A DNA stretch of 64,000 nt from Flavobacteriales bacterium (lineage in GTDB: Bacteria > Bacteroidota > Bacteroidia > Flavobacteriales > UBA7312). Of the stretch, positions 11,502 through 21,945 are shown one piece after another. The stretch is from NCBI GenBank assembly GCA_049890295.1, contig JBMHBP010000023.1:164531-228530 (forward strand). The letters run 5' to 3'. Made by a program: the position numbers and the translations under genes. Position 1 is the stretch's first letter. Every line of letters begins with the position of its first letter. Under the pieces are notes generated by a model. It did no database searches. It was not told where the DNA came from and saw only the letters and a list, made by a program, of their open reading frames with translations.

Positions 11502-12950
11502 ATGAGTGAAATAGAAAAAATTATTGACCCCTCAAAACAAGGCCAAGCACTAGATAAATATTCCCCAATTCAAGGTGAAAAGAAAATGTATATTGAAAGC
11601 TACGGCTGTCAAATGAATTTTTCTGATAGTGAGATTGTTGCTTCAATATTAAACAAAGAAGGTTTTTCAACAACACCAAATATAGAAGAAGCCAATTTGG
11701 TTCTCGTTAACACTTGTTCAATTCGTGAAAAAGCCGAACAAACTGTTAGAAATCGGCTAAAGGTCTACAATGCCATAAAGAAAAAACAAAACCCTGCTAT
11801 GCTAGTTGGCGTATTAGGATGTATGGCTGAGCGACTTAAAGAGAAATTCTTAGAGGAAGAAAAATTAGTCGATATAGTTGTTGGGCCAGACGCATACAGA
11901 GACTTACCAAATCTTATAGAGGAAGTAAATGATGGCCGCAAAGCTGTTAATGTAATTCTTTCAAAAGAAGAAACCTATGCCGAAATCAGTCCGGTAAGGC
12001 TAGGTGGAAATGGTATTACTGCCTTTGTTTCCATTACTAGAGGGTGTGATAATATGTGTTCGTTTTGTGTAGTTCCCTTTACTAGAGGTAGAGAGCGAAG
12101 CAGAAATCCTGAAAGTATTGTCAATGAATGTCATCAATTAGTAAAGGACGGCTACAAGGAAGTCACACTTTTAGGTCAAAATGTAGATTCCTATTTATGG
12201 CATGGCGGCGGGCTTAAAAAAGAGTTTCATAAGCTTAGTAAAGAAGAGCAGGCTAAGAGTACTAATTTCGCTCAACTTTTAGCACTAGTGGCAGAGGTCA
12301 GCCCTGAACTTCGTGTACGATTTTCTACTTCTCATCCAAAAGACATGCAAGATGATGTTCTCCATACTATTGCTAAGTATGAGAATATTTGCAACTATAT
12401 ACACCTACCTGTACAATCAGGAAATACAAGGGTACTAGAACTGATGAATAGAGGATACACAAGAGAATGGTATTTAGATCGAATAGCAGCTATTAGACAA
12501 ATTATACCCGATTGTGCAGTTTCTATGGATATTATTGCCGGATTTTGTAGTGAAACAGAGGAAGAACATCAAGATACACTAAGCCTTATGGATATTGTTA
12601 AATACGATTTTGGCTACATGTTTAGTTATTCTGAACGACCAAATACACAGGCTCAACGTAAGCTGACCGATGATATTCCTGAAGAAATTAAAAAAAGACG
12701 ACTCCAAGAAATCATAAGTCTTCAAATGAAACATTCATTGTACAGAAATCAGCAACATGTAGGTAAAACCCACAAAGTGTTGATTGAAGGTGTATCCAAA
12801 AAATCCGACAACGAACTGTTTGGTAGAAATACTCAAAATACTGTGGTTGTATTCCCAAGAGAACAATTCAATGCTGGTGATTACGTTATGGTTCATGTCG
12901 ACTCATGTACAGCCGCTACTCTGAAAGGAAAAGTAATAGTAAAACTATGA
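11502..12950 (+). CDS. miaB: tRNA (N6-isopentenyl-A37) methylthiotransferase MiaB
   Basis: 482 aa with the MTTase N-terminal Cys pattern ([10 protein letters not shown]...VNTCSIR...GVLGCMA), a radical-SAM CxxxCxxC ([12 protein letters not shown]) and a TRAM-like C-terminus. Confidence 0.9.
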   Translation: MSEIEKIIDPSKQGQALDKYSPIQGEKKMYIESYGCQMNFSDSEIVASILNKEGFSTTPNIEEANLVLVNTCSIREKAEQTVRNRLKVYNAIKKKQNPAMLVGVLGCMAERLKEKFLEEEKLVDIVVGPDAYRDLPNLIEEVNDGRKAVNVILSKEETYAEISPVRLGGNGITAFVSITRGCDNMCSFCVVPFTRGRERSRNPESIVNECHQLVKDGYKEVTLLGQNVDSYLWHGGGLKKEFHKLSKEEQAKSTNFAQLLALVAEVSPELRVRFSTSHPKDMQDDVLHTIAKYENICNYIHLPVQSGNTRVLELMNRGYTREWYLDRIAAIRQIIPDCAVSMDIIAGFCSETEEEHQDTLSLMDIVKYDFGYMFSYSERPNTQAQRKLTDDIPEEIKKRRLQEIISLQMKHSLYRNQQHVGKTHKVLIEGVSKKSDNELFGRNTQNTVVVFPREQFNAGDYVMVHVDSCTAATLKGKVIVKL

Positions 12951-14089
12951 CCGCACTACAACAAATAAAACAGCGTTTTGGCATTATGGGTCAGTCTGTA
13001 AAGCTAGAAAGAGCTATAGAAACTGCCGTTCAAGTTGCACCAACGGATATTTCTGTTCTAATTACTGGTGAAAGTGGTACTGGTAAAGAGGTCATGCCAA
13101 AAATCATACATCAAAATAGTTCAAGAAAACATAACAACTACATTGCCGTAAATTGCGGAGCTATTCCTGAAGGCACCATTGATAGTGAATTATTTGGACA
13201 TGAAAAAGGTGCTTTCACAGGAGCCAGCGAACAACGAAAAGGTTATTTTGAAGTAGCCAATGGTGGCACAATCTTTTTAGATGAGGTAGGTGAATTACCA
13301 TTAAACACACAAGTCAGATTATTAAGAGTTCTTGAAAGTGGCGAGTTCATGAAAGTCGGTTCTAGTGAAATTATAAAAGTCGATATAAGAGTAGTAGCAG
13401 CCACAAATGTAAATATAGAAGAAGCTATAAAAAAAGGGAAATTTAGAGAAGACCTTTATTACAGATTAAACACAATAAATATTAAAATGCCACCTCTTAG
13501 AGAACGTAAAGAGGATATTCATTTAATTTTCAGAAAGTTTGCAGCCGATTTTGCAGACAGGTATCATATTCCAACTATAAGACTAAATGAATCAGCCATT
13601 GAGCGGCTTGAACATTATTCATGGCCAGGAAATATCAGACAACTAAAAAATGTCTGTGAACAATTATCGGCTGTTGAGCAAAACCGTAGTATAGATGCTA
13701 GCGTTTTAAATCAGTATATTCCAAAGGAAAATACCACCCCAATATTATTTAATAATAACAGCAAAGAAAATGACTTTTCTGAAAGAGAAATTTTGTACAA
13801 AGTGCTCTTTGATATGAAAAACGATTTGAACGATTTAAAGCGTGTGACTAGTGAGTTAATGTCAGGCCAAACAGAAAGCAACACCAACAATGTAATTGAC
13901 GAGAACTTACTTATACAAACTAAAGAGCAAGTTGAAATAGAAAAAAAGGTACTCACACTTCAAGAACAAGAAAAAATACTCATTGAAGAATCCTTAATTA
14001 GACATCAAGGTCGTCGCAAAGACGCGGCTGATGAACTAGGAATTTCAGAACGAACACTTTACCGTAAAATAAAAGAGTATTTGTTGTGA
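12947..14089 (+). CDS. Sigma-54-dependent transcriptional activator (AAA+ plus Fis-type HTH) with no N-terminal sensory/receiver domain
   Basis: Walker A GESGTGKE, the GAFTGA loop (HEKGAFTGA), Walker B FLDEVGE and a C-terminal HTH ([19 protein letters not shown]) are all present. The start is moved to the ATG at 12947 (ATGA overlap with the miaB stop). The track start at 12905 lies inside miaB. Confidence 0.85.
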   Translation: MTALQQIKQRFGIMGQSVKLERAIETAVQVAPTDISVLITGESGTGKEVMPKIIHQNSSRKHNNYIAVNCGAIPEGTIDSELFGHEKGAFTGASEQRKGYFEVANGGTIFLDEVGELPLNTQVRLLRVLESGEFMKVGSSEIIKVDIRVVAATNVNIEEAIKKGKFREDLYYRLNTINIKMPPLRERKEDIHLIFRKFAADFADRYHIPTIRLNESAIERLEHYSWPGNIRQLKNVCEQLSAVEQNRSIDASVLNQYIPKENTTPILFNNNSKENDFSEREILYKVLFDMKNDLNDLKRVTSELMSGQTESNTNNVIDENLLIQTKEQVEIEKKVLTLQEQEKILIEESLIRHQGRRKDAADELGISERTLYRKIKEYLL

Positions 14090-14586
14090 AAAGTCAACTA
14101 ACCATTATGTTGTCAGTAATTTTATCACTAAGTGCCTGTGGTATATATTCCTTTTCTGGGGCCTCTATTTCTTCTGAAATAAAAACGATAACTATCGGTT
14201 ATTTTGATAGTCAAGCTGAATTACTACCGCCTGATTATCCCAATTTTTTCACCGAATCTATGAAGGATAAATTTATTGCTGAAACAGCATTATCTCCTGT
14301 CAATATAGACGGAGATCTAAGTTTTAGTGGTTATATTTCAAATTATAGTATAAAGCCAATAGCTATACAGGCCAATGAAACGGCTGCAAAAAATAGGCTC
14401 ACTGTTTCCGTTAAAGTGACTTTTACTAACCGCATACAAGAGGAATACAATTATGATAAAACATTTAGTCAATATGCTGACTATGACAGCAACCAAGATT
14501 TAAACACTATCGAGAGTGAATTATTGGCAGAAATAACCGATCAATTGGTTGAAAATATTTTTAACGAAGCTGTTGCAACTTGGTAA
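14086..14586 (+). CDS. lptE: LptE-like outer-membrane lipoprotein
   Basis: 166 aa with a lipobox (LSLSAC|G), the right size, and the conserved Bacteroidota position after the sigma-54 activator and before secG. The GTG start overlaps the upstream stop (GTGA). The assignment rests on synteny and size, not on strong motifs. Confidence 0.55.
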   Translation: MKSQLTIMLSVILSLSACGIYSFSGASISSEIKTITIGYFDSQAELLPPDYPNFFTESMKDKFIAETALSPVNIDGDLSFSGYISNYSIKPIAIQANETAAKNRLTVSVKVTFTNRIQEEYNYDKTFSQYADYDSNQDLNTIESELLAEITDQLVENIFNEAVATW

Positions 14587-15287
14587 TTTCTAAAGAAACA
14601 TATAACCAATGGGTTAATGATCCTTATCAGCTCACTGAAAAAGATTTGGAACCGTTAAATGAACTGATTGAGACCTTTCCTTATTGTCAAACCACCCGTT
14701 TACTAAAAACCATATGTCTACAGAATATAGGTAGTTTTCAATTTAACCAACATCTCAAACAAACAGCTGCCTACTCTGGTGACAGGAGAAGACTTTTCGA
14801 TCTTGTTACTAAAAAAACAAAAATTAATAATAAACTTACAGCAATAAAAGAAAAAATAAAGCCTGTTGAAGATTCAAAAATTAAGCAAAAAGAAGATATA
14901 CTCAACATAGGCGAACCATTAGAATTTAATAAATCTGAAACTTATTCTTTTAGCGAATGGTTAAAACTAACTAAAGCTAAACCTATTCAACGAAAGGAAG
15001 AAAAAAATACACTACAAGAAAAAGTCGGTCGCATTGAAAAATACATTGCAAATAGAGATCGAAAACCTCAAAAAACAACCTTCTTTTCCGCCAGTGATAA
15101 ATCTAAAGAAAGTGAAACATTTGAATTTAGTATAGTCACCGAAACCTTGGCAAAAGTTTATTTAGAACAAGGACATTATGAAAGAGCTAAAGAGGCTTAC
15201 AGACAATTGAGTTTGAAATATCCCCAAAAAAGTTCTTTATTTGCATCCCGAATTGAATTAATCGATCAATTGATCAAAAACAAATAA
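14580..15287 (+). CDS. Conserved hypothetical protein with a TPR-like C-terminal helix pair
   Basis: 235-aa ORF with no in-frame ATG anywhere. The only upstream start candidate is TTG at 14580, overlapping the lptE-like stop. The C-terminus AKVYLEQGHYERAKEAYRQLSLKYPQ looks like a TPR unit. Confidence 0.6.
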   Translation: MVISKETYNQWVNDPYQLTEKDLEPLNELIETFPYCQTTRLLKTICLQNIGSFQFNQHLKQTAAYSGDRRRLFDLVTKKTKINNKLTAIKEKIKPVEDSKIKQKEDILNIGEPLEFNKSETYSFSEWLKLTKAKPIQRKEEKNTLQEKVGRIEKYIANRDRKPQKTTFFSASDKSKESETFEFSIVTETLAKVYLEQGHYERAKEAYRQLSLKYPQKSSLFASRIELIDQLIKNK

Positions 15288-15290
15288 CGC

Positions 15291-15626
15291 ATGTATACTA
15301 TATTCTCTATATTAATCATCATAACTTGTATTTTATTATTGTTAGTTGTGCTAGTCCAAAATCCGAAAGGAGGTGGTCTGTCAGCAACATTTGGTGGTGG
15401 AAATCAAGTTATGGGAGTTAAAAAAACTGCCGATTTTTTAGAAAAAGCAACTTGGTACTTAGCAATTGCATTATTATTCTTTTCATTAATGTCAAACTTG
15501 AGTATCTCTTCAAGTACTGATAACAACGGACAAAATGAATCGATTATCCAAGAACAACTGGATGACACGCCTATTCCAACTCAGAGTTTACCAAATTTAC
15601 CCGTTCAGGAAACACCATCTGAATAA
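15291..15626 (+). CDS. secG: Preprotein translocase subunit SecG
   Basis: 111 aa. It has an N-terminal TM helix followed by the LVQNPKGGGLSATFGG motif typical of SecG, then a second TM helix. Confidence 0.85.
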   Translation: MYTIFSILIIITCILLLLVVLVQNPKGGGLSATFGGGNQVMGVKKTADFLEKATWYLAIALLFFSLMSNLSISSSTDNNGQNESIIQEQLDDTPIPTQSLPNLPVQETPSE

Positions 15627-15742
15627 GCGATTTACTGACAAATTTGTAATCTACAACTGAAAAAAAGTCATTACACGGTATCAATTTTGCTGTGGCATGA
15701 TTTTTGAATCCATATTAGATAATTAAACAAAAAAACAAAACT

Positions 15743-16012
15743 ATGAATGTAAAACCATTAGCTGATAGGGTACTCGTTGAACCTGCTAAGGCAGAAACTA
15801 CTACAGCATCAGGAATTATCATTCCAGATACAGCACAAGAAAAACCACAAAAAGGTACAATCGTGGCTGTTGGTAATGGTAAGAAAGACGAACCATTAAC
15901 CGTTAAAGTCGGTGATACGGTACTTTACGGTAAATATTCAGGGACTGAACTTAAGTTCGAAGGAAAAGACTACATGATCATGCGTGAGTCTGATATTTTA
16001 GCAATTATTTAA
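15743..16012 (+). CDS. groES: Co-chaperonin GroES
   Basis: 89 aa, reading [14 protein letters not shown]...[23 protein letters not shown]. It lies immediately upstream of groEL. Confidence 0.97.
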   Translation: MNVKPLADRVLVEPAKAETTTASGIIIPDTAQEKPQKGTIVAVGNGKKDEPLTVKVGDTVLYGKYSGTELKFEGKDYMIMRESDILAII

Positions 16013-16020
16013 ACTACTAG

Positions 16021-17655
<1,635 letters not shown>

Positions 17656-17672
17656 TTCACTCACTTATATTT

Positions 17673-17707
17673 AAAAAAAAGGGCTTCATATGAAGCCCTT
17701 TTTTTTA
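17673..17707. terminator. Bidirectional rho-independent terminator between the convergent groEL and acidic-repeat genes
   Basis: The sequence is aaaaaaaa-gggcttca-ta-tgaagccc-ttttttttt, a perfect 8-bp GC-containing stem flanked by an A-run and a T-run. Confidence 0.85.
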
Positions 17708-17724
17708 AAATGCGTCTAGATTTT

Positions 17725-18879
17725 TTACCTGTCCAAAGTCATTCTTTTTTCAAAAGTACCATCTTTGAATAGATAAATTAGAGGCTGATTGGGTCTAAAA
17801 GATACAGGCCTTCCTTGTAAGTCTAATATTTCAATTAATTCTTTTTGCTCCAATACAGAAGAAGGCGCAGACATTCTGTTAAATACATAGGAATTATTCT
17901 GGAAAGAAAAATCAAACTCCTCGCCATTATTTAGTATGCAAATGTCATTGATAAAAAAGGTATCAGCTATTACGGTATAATCAAAATTGTCTAAATCAAT
18001 TATTTGATTGTCAAAGTCAATTATATTACCAATAAAATCAGTAAAATAAACTGAGCCGTCATTGAAGCTCAAATCCAGAAAATCAATAAGACCATCAAAA
18101 TCTGTTTGTGAATCACCTTCGTAATCTTCAATCAAAATATTGTCACCAATATCAGTAAAATCAACTGATCCGTCAATGAAACTAAAATCTAAAGAATCAA
18201 TGAGGTCATTAAAATCTATTTGTGAATCACCTTCGTAATCTTCAATCAAAATAGTGTCACCAACATCAGTAAAATCAACAGATCCGTCAATGAAACTAAA
18301 ACCTAAAGAATCAATGAGGTCATTAAAATCTGTTTGTGAATCACCTTCGTAATCTTCAATCAAAATAGTGTCACTAATATCAGTAAAATCAAAATTGTCT
18401 AAATCAGTCGTTTGATTGTCAAAATCAATTATATTATCAATAAAATCGGTAAAATAAACTGAGCCATCATTGAAGTTCAGTTCTAGAAAATCAATAAGAC
18501 CATCAAAATCTAATAATGAATTACCTTGGTATTCTTCAATTAAAATACTGTCACCAGTACAAGTAAAATCAACTGATCCGTCAATGAAATTTAAACCTAA
18601 AGAATCAACGAGGTCATTTAAATCTAAATCTTCAGGAATTTCAGCATCTATATCCCCCTCAAAATCTAAGCCAGTAGACTCGTCATCACATCCATATAAA
18701 AATAATAAATCTGCATCATCGATAACGTCATCAAAATTAAAATCTGTCTGAGAAAAAGCCTGGTATTCTTCAATTGAAATAGTAATTTCAGTGCCATTAC
18801 AATCAAAAGTATAAGTCTGTTGGGCATTTACGGTTAATGTAGCCAAGAAAATTGGCAGTAAATAAAATGATTTTTTCAT
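17725..18879 (-). CDS. Secreted, extremely acidic tandem-repeat protein with a probable short T9SS C-terminal sorting domain
   Basis: 384 aa with a signal peptide (MKKSFYLLPIFLATLTVNAQ). The body is made of D/E/F/I-rich repeats (consensus ILIEDYEGDSQTDFNDLIDSLGFSFIDGSVDFTDVGDT). The C-terminus LIEILDLQGRPVSF...LIYLFKDGTFEKRMTL resembles a T9SS CTD. Confidence 0.7.
   Translation of the reverse strand: MKKSFYLLPIFLATLTVNAQQTYTFDCNGTEITISIEEYQAFSQTDFNFDDVIDDADLLFLYGCDDESTGLDFEGDIDAEIPEDLDLNDLVDSLGLNFIDGSVDFTCTGDSILIEEYQGNSLLDFDGLIDFLELNFNDGSVYFTDFIDNIIDFDNQTTDLDNFDFTDISDTILIEDYEGDSQTDFNDLIDSLGFSFIDGSVDFTDVGDTILIEDYEGDSQIDFNDLIDSLDFSFIDGSVDFTDIGDNILIEDYEGDSQTDFDGLIDFLDLSFNDGSVYFTDFIGNIIDFDNQIIDLDNFDYTVIADTFFINDICILNNGEEFDFSFQNNSYVFNRMSAPSSVLEQKELIEILDLQGRPVSFRPNQPLIYLFKDGTFEKRMTLDR
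17990..18640 (-). repeat. In-frame tandem coding repeats, 114-bp (38-aa) core unit with longer variant units of about 180 bp on each flank
   Basis: The string tttgtgaatcaccttcgtaatcttcaatcaaaat recurs at about 18105, 18219 and 18333 (114-bp spacing). More diverged copies extend on both sides. Confidence 0.8.
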
Positions 18880-18940
18880 AACAAATGGGTTTTAAAAATT
18901 AAATTCAGTGCTAAGTTAAAACCATAAACTGCATTAAAAA

Positions 18941-18985
18941 ATCAAAAAAACAGAAATCCTTACGCATTCAAGATTATCGTAGGAC
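18941..18985 (-). terminator. Probable rho-independent terminator after ctaA
   Basis: The minus-strand RNA would read UCCUACG-(13-nt loop)-CGUAAGGA followed by UUUCUGUUUUUUU. The stem has one bulged base. Confidence 0.45.
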
Positions 18986-19008
18986 AGATTTCATAAGAAA
19001 GTACTAGA

Positions 19009-20022
19009 TTAGTTTTTAAGCAAACGCATTCTAAAAACTAACATACACATTATTCCGAGCAAGATACAAGCAAACAAAAGGTGAGCATTTTGTATTAAAG
19101 CCAACATACCCAAATGAGCTAAGATAACTCCACTCAACAGTTCTACAGCTAAAATACCATACAGCCATCGAAGTATAGTTAGCTTGAAGAACCGCTCATT
19201 AAGGTAGGCTATGTAAGTCAATAAACCCAATACTATCCACGAAAAACTACGGTGTATAAAAAAGGAAATACCTAATTGTTCTGTCCACTGATCTCTTCCA
19301 ATGCCCATTCGACTAAGTTCATCAATATACTCTCTTACTTGTGTTCCTAAAAACATTTGAAAGAAAGTGATAAGAAAACTAAACCATACTATATAGTAAA
19401 CCGATTTTGGTACTTCAATATTTAAGGACTGTGAAGGGCTTACCATGCGTATAATATACAATTGAATGCCTATTATAAGCAGTGCAAAAAATAAATGTAC
19501 AGTTATCGTCCATGGCACTAAATTGGATGCTACAACAATGGACCCAAACCAGCCTTGAAACAACATAAAAATGAGGTTAAGGAAGCTTAAAAACAATAAT
19601 GACTTATGCTTTCTAAAAGCTAATAGCACCCAAATAAAAATTATCAAAACAGAATTGCCGGCTAAAAATCCAAGCAAACGGTTAACGTATTCTGTCCAGG
19701 TTTTTCTGACATTAAAGTCCTCTTCTTTAGTGAGGTTTGGATCATTTTTCAGCTGTAAAGCTACATCATACATTCCTATATTAGAAAGTAGCATAGCAAA
19801 TTTCTCTACTTTCTGTTGGCGTTGTTCAACATATTTTTCTTTGTAGTTGGGCGGCACCTGGCTTATGTGGGTGGGTGGTACCCACTGATCAAAACACTTG
19901 GGCCAGTCCGGACAACCCATTCCACTTCCTGTGACACGAACAAAACTACCCGCTATCACGACTAAAAATATCAGTACTAAAGCAAGCCAATTAAAGCGAA
20001 CAAAAGTGGTGGAAATCATCAT
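19009..20022 (-). CDS. ctaA: Heme A synthase (COX15/CtaA family)
   Basis: 337 aa, polytopic membrane protein. The motif GSGMGCPDWPKC follows the first TM helix, and conserved His residues sit in later helices. Confidence 0.85.
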   Translation of the reverse strand: MMISTTFVRFNWLALVLIFLVVIAGSFVRVTGSGMGCPDWPKCFDQWVPPTHISQVPPNYKEKYVEQRQQKVEKFAMLLSNIGMYDVALQLKNDPNLTKEEDFNVRKTWTEYVNRLLGFLAGNSVLIIFIWVLLAFRKHKSLLFLSFLNLIFMLFQGWFGSIVVASNLVPWTITVHLFFALLIIGIQLYIIRMVSPSQSLNIEVPKSVYYIVWFSFLITFFQMFLGTQVREYIDELSRMGIGRDQWTEQLGISFFIHRSFSWIVLGLLTYIAYLNERFFKLTILRWLYGILAVELLSGVILAHLGMLALIQNAHLLFACILLGIMCMLVFRMRLLKN

Positions 20023-20025
20023 TAT

Positions 20026-20400
20026 TTAGTGAGTTTGAATAGTGCCTTTTTCAATAGTCTTAATGATTTCAACCTCAACATTAGTAACCCTGTAAACACT
20101 ATCTTTTATGGTATTAATCAAATCAATCATGGCATACTCACTGACTTGGCTGGTATTGTACTCAACCGATGCCAGTTTGTTTTCAAAACTAATATCAGAT
20201 TTTACGACTCCATCCAGTTTTTCAAGCTCTTTGCTAATAAAGTCAGCACAACCCTTTTGACAACTCATACCTTCAATTGATAAGGTAGCCTTTGTATCGG
20301 CCAAAACAATTTTTTGGCTGGCATTTACAGATGTATTACCCTGACCACAGCTAACGAAAATTAAAACTATTAGTAAACTTTTTAAAACATTTTTGAGCAT
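20026..20400 (-). CDS. Heavy-metal-associated (HMA) domain lipoprotein, possible copper chaperone
   Basis: 124 aa with a lipobox (IFVSC|G) and an HMA-like fold carrying IEGMSCQKGCADFISKEL, a C-x3-C variant of GMxCxxC. It lies 3 nt downstream of ctaA. Confidence 0.7.
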   Translation of the reverse strand: MLKNVLKSLLIVLIFVSCGQGNTSVNASQKIVLADTKATLSIEGMSCQKGCADFISKELEKLDGVVKSDISFENKLASVEYNTSQVSEYAMIDLINTIKDSVYRVTNVEVEIIKTIEKGTIQTH

Positions 20401-20444
20401 AACTATTATATTTTTTAGGGAGTTACAAAAATACTAACATATCT

Positions 20445-21332
20445 TTGTATAAAATATTGTTTGTGTCTTTTTATTCAAAAAAAATCATTAATTGGTTCTT
20501 ACTGCTTTTACTAGCATTTATTTGGGGTAGCTCATTTATTCTTATGAAAAAAGGCTTGCTAGTTTTCAATGATTTTGAAGTAGCACAACTACGTATGGCT
20601 ATTGCCTGGTTAAGTCTCCTGCCTTTTGTTTGGAAAAAAGTATTCAACGTCAATAAAAAACATATTATACCCCTGCTAGTTGTAGGGCTGTTTGGTAATG
20701 GCATACCTGCCTTTTTATTTACTAAGGCTCAAACTCAATTAGATAGCTCATTAGTAGGTATGTTGAATGCGTTAGTACCTATTTTTACTTTTATTATTGC
20801 TGTTTTTCTATTTAAGAACCCTGTCAAAAAACGACAACTCATTGGAATTCTTATAGGATTGTGCGGTGCTATTTCTTTAATTGCATATGGGGGTATAAAC
20901 TTTCAAAATACACATTACGCCTACTATGTTGTCATAGCAACCATTTGCTACGCTATAAGTTTAAACACAATTAAGCATACACTTCAAGACATGTCCGCCT
21001 TAGATATTTCGGGTATTGCATTTTTTATTGTTGGTCCCTTTTGTCTATTAGCTTTAGGTTTATCTGATTCGATAGAAAAATTACACTATGAAGGAGCTTA
21101 CACAGCCTTAATATTCATCGTCATGTTATCTACTATTGGCACATCCTTTGCATTGATTCTATTTAATAAACTAGTGAAAAATACCACTGCTCTTTTTGCT
21201 TCATCGGTTACTTATCTTATTCCTATTGTGGCTATTTTTTGGGGGGTAATTGATGGGGAAACTATTTTTCCAATGCAAATTTTTAGTATTGGGATTATTT
21301 TAACTGGTATTTACCTAGTTAATAAAGCCTAA
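20445..21332 (+). CDS. EamA/DMT-superfamily transporter
   Basis: About 10 predicted TM helices in two EamA-like halves (FIWGSSFILMKKG near the N-terminus). The start is uncertain. The track uses TTG at 20445, but a TAtcTTTG -7 box sits at 20440-20447, so TTG 20457 or GTG 20463 may be the real start. Confidence 0.75.
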   Translation: MYKILFVSFYSKKIINWFLLLLLAFIWGSSFILMKKGLLVFNDFEVAQLRMAIAWLSLLPFVWKKVFNVNKKHIIPLLVVGLFGNGIPAFLFTKAQTQLDSSLVGMLNALVPIFTFIIAVFLFKNPVKKRQLIGILIGLCGAISLIAYGGINFQNTHYAYYVVIATICYAISLNTIKHTLQDMSALDISGIAFFIVGPFCLLALGLSDSIEKLHYEGAYTALIFIVMLSTIGTSFALILFNKLVKNTTALFASSVTYLIPIVAIFWGVIDGETIFPMQIFSIGIILTGIYLVNKA

Positions 21333-21339
21333 ATTATTT

Positions 21340-21369
21340 TTGCTAATTATTGATTAATTATTACATTTG
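21340..21369 (+). promoter_or_regulatory. Bacteroidota sigma-A promoter for rplU-rpmA (TTG-N19-TAcaTTTG)
   Basis: TTG at 21340-21342, a 19-nt spacer, then TACATTTG at 21362-21369. This is a full match to the published Bacteroidetes consensus TTG-N19-TAnnTTTG, about 40 nt upstream of the rplU ATG. Confidence 0.55.
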
Positions 21370-21408
21370 CAGCCCCACAAAAATAAGTGGAATTAAAATT
21401 TTTAAAGG

Positions 21409-21924
21409 ATGTACGCAATTGTAGAGATAGCAGGGCAACAATTTAAAGTTGAAAAAGACCAGCAAATTTTTGTTCATCGTTTAGATAATAAAGAAGGATC
21501 AAAAGTTGATTTTGACAAAGTTTTATTAATCGACGACAACGGAAAAGTAAATGTTGGCGCCCCAGCTATAAGTGGAGCAAAAGTTACTGCAAAAGTGCTT
21601 GGCCACATGAAAGGTGACAAAGTCATCGTTTTCAAAAAGAAAAGAAGAAAAGGCTATAAAGTGAAAAATGGACACCGTCAATCGTTCACTCAAATAGAAA
21701 TTCAAAGTATCGTTGCTAAAGCTGGAACAGCTAAGAAAACTGCTGTTAAAACAGCAGAAGCAAGTGCCGATGCTAAGCCAGCAGCCAAAAAAACTGCGGC
21801 AAAAAAACCAACAGCTAAAAAAACTGCGGCAAAAAAACCAGCAGCAAAAAAAACTGTAGCAAAAAAACCAGCAGCAAAAAAGCCGGCAACTAAAAAGGCA
21901 GCTGCTAAAAAAACAGAAGAATAA
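21409..21924 (+). CDS. rplU: 50S ribosomal protein L21 with a Lys/Ala-rich C-terminal extension of about 65 aa
   Basis: The N-terminal 100 or so aa ([18 protein letters not shown]...[23 protein letters not shown]) are canonical bL21. The tail is [43 protein letters not shown]. Confidence 0.95.
   Translation: MYAIVEIAGQQFKVEKDQQIFVHRLDNKEGSKVDFDKVLLIDDNGKVNVGAPAISGAKVTAKVLGHMKGDKVIVFKKKRRKGYKVKNGHRQSFTQIEIQSIVAKAGTAKKTAVKTAEASADAKPAAKKTAAKKPTAKKTAAKKPAAKKTVAKKPAAKKPATKKAAAKKTEE
21787..21876 (+). repeat. Three tandem 30-bp coding repeats ([10 protein letters not shown]) within the L21 tail
   Basis: The units are aaaaaaactgcggcaaaaaaaccaacagct, aaaaaaactgcggcaaaaaaaccagcagca and aaaaaaactgtagcaaaaaaaccagcagca, in direct succession. 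Confidence 0.85.
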
Positions 21925-21945
21925 ATTATCTAAAACACAAATACA

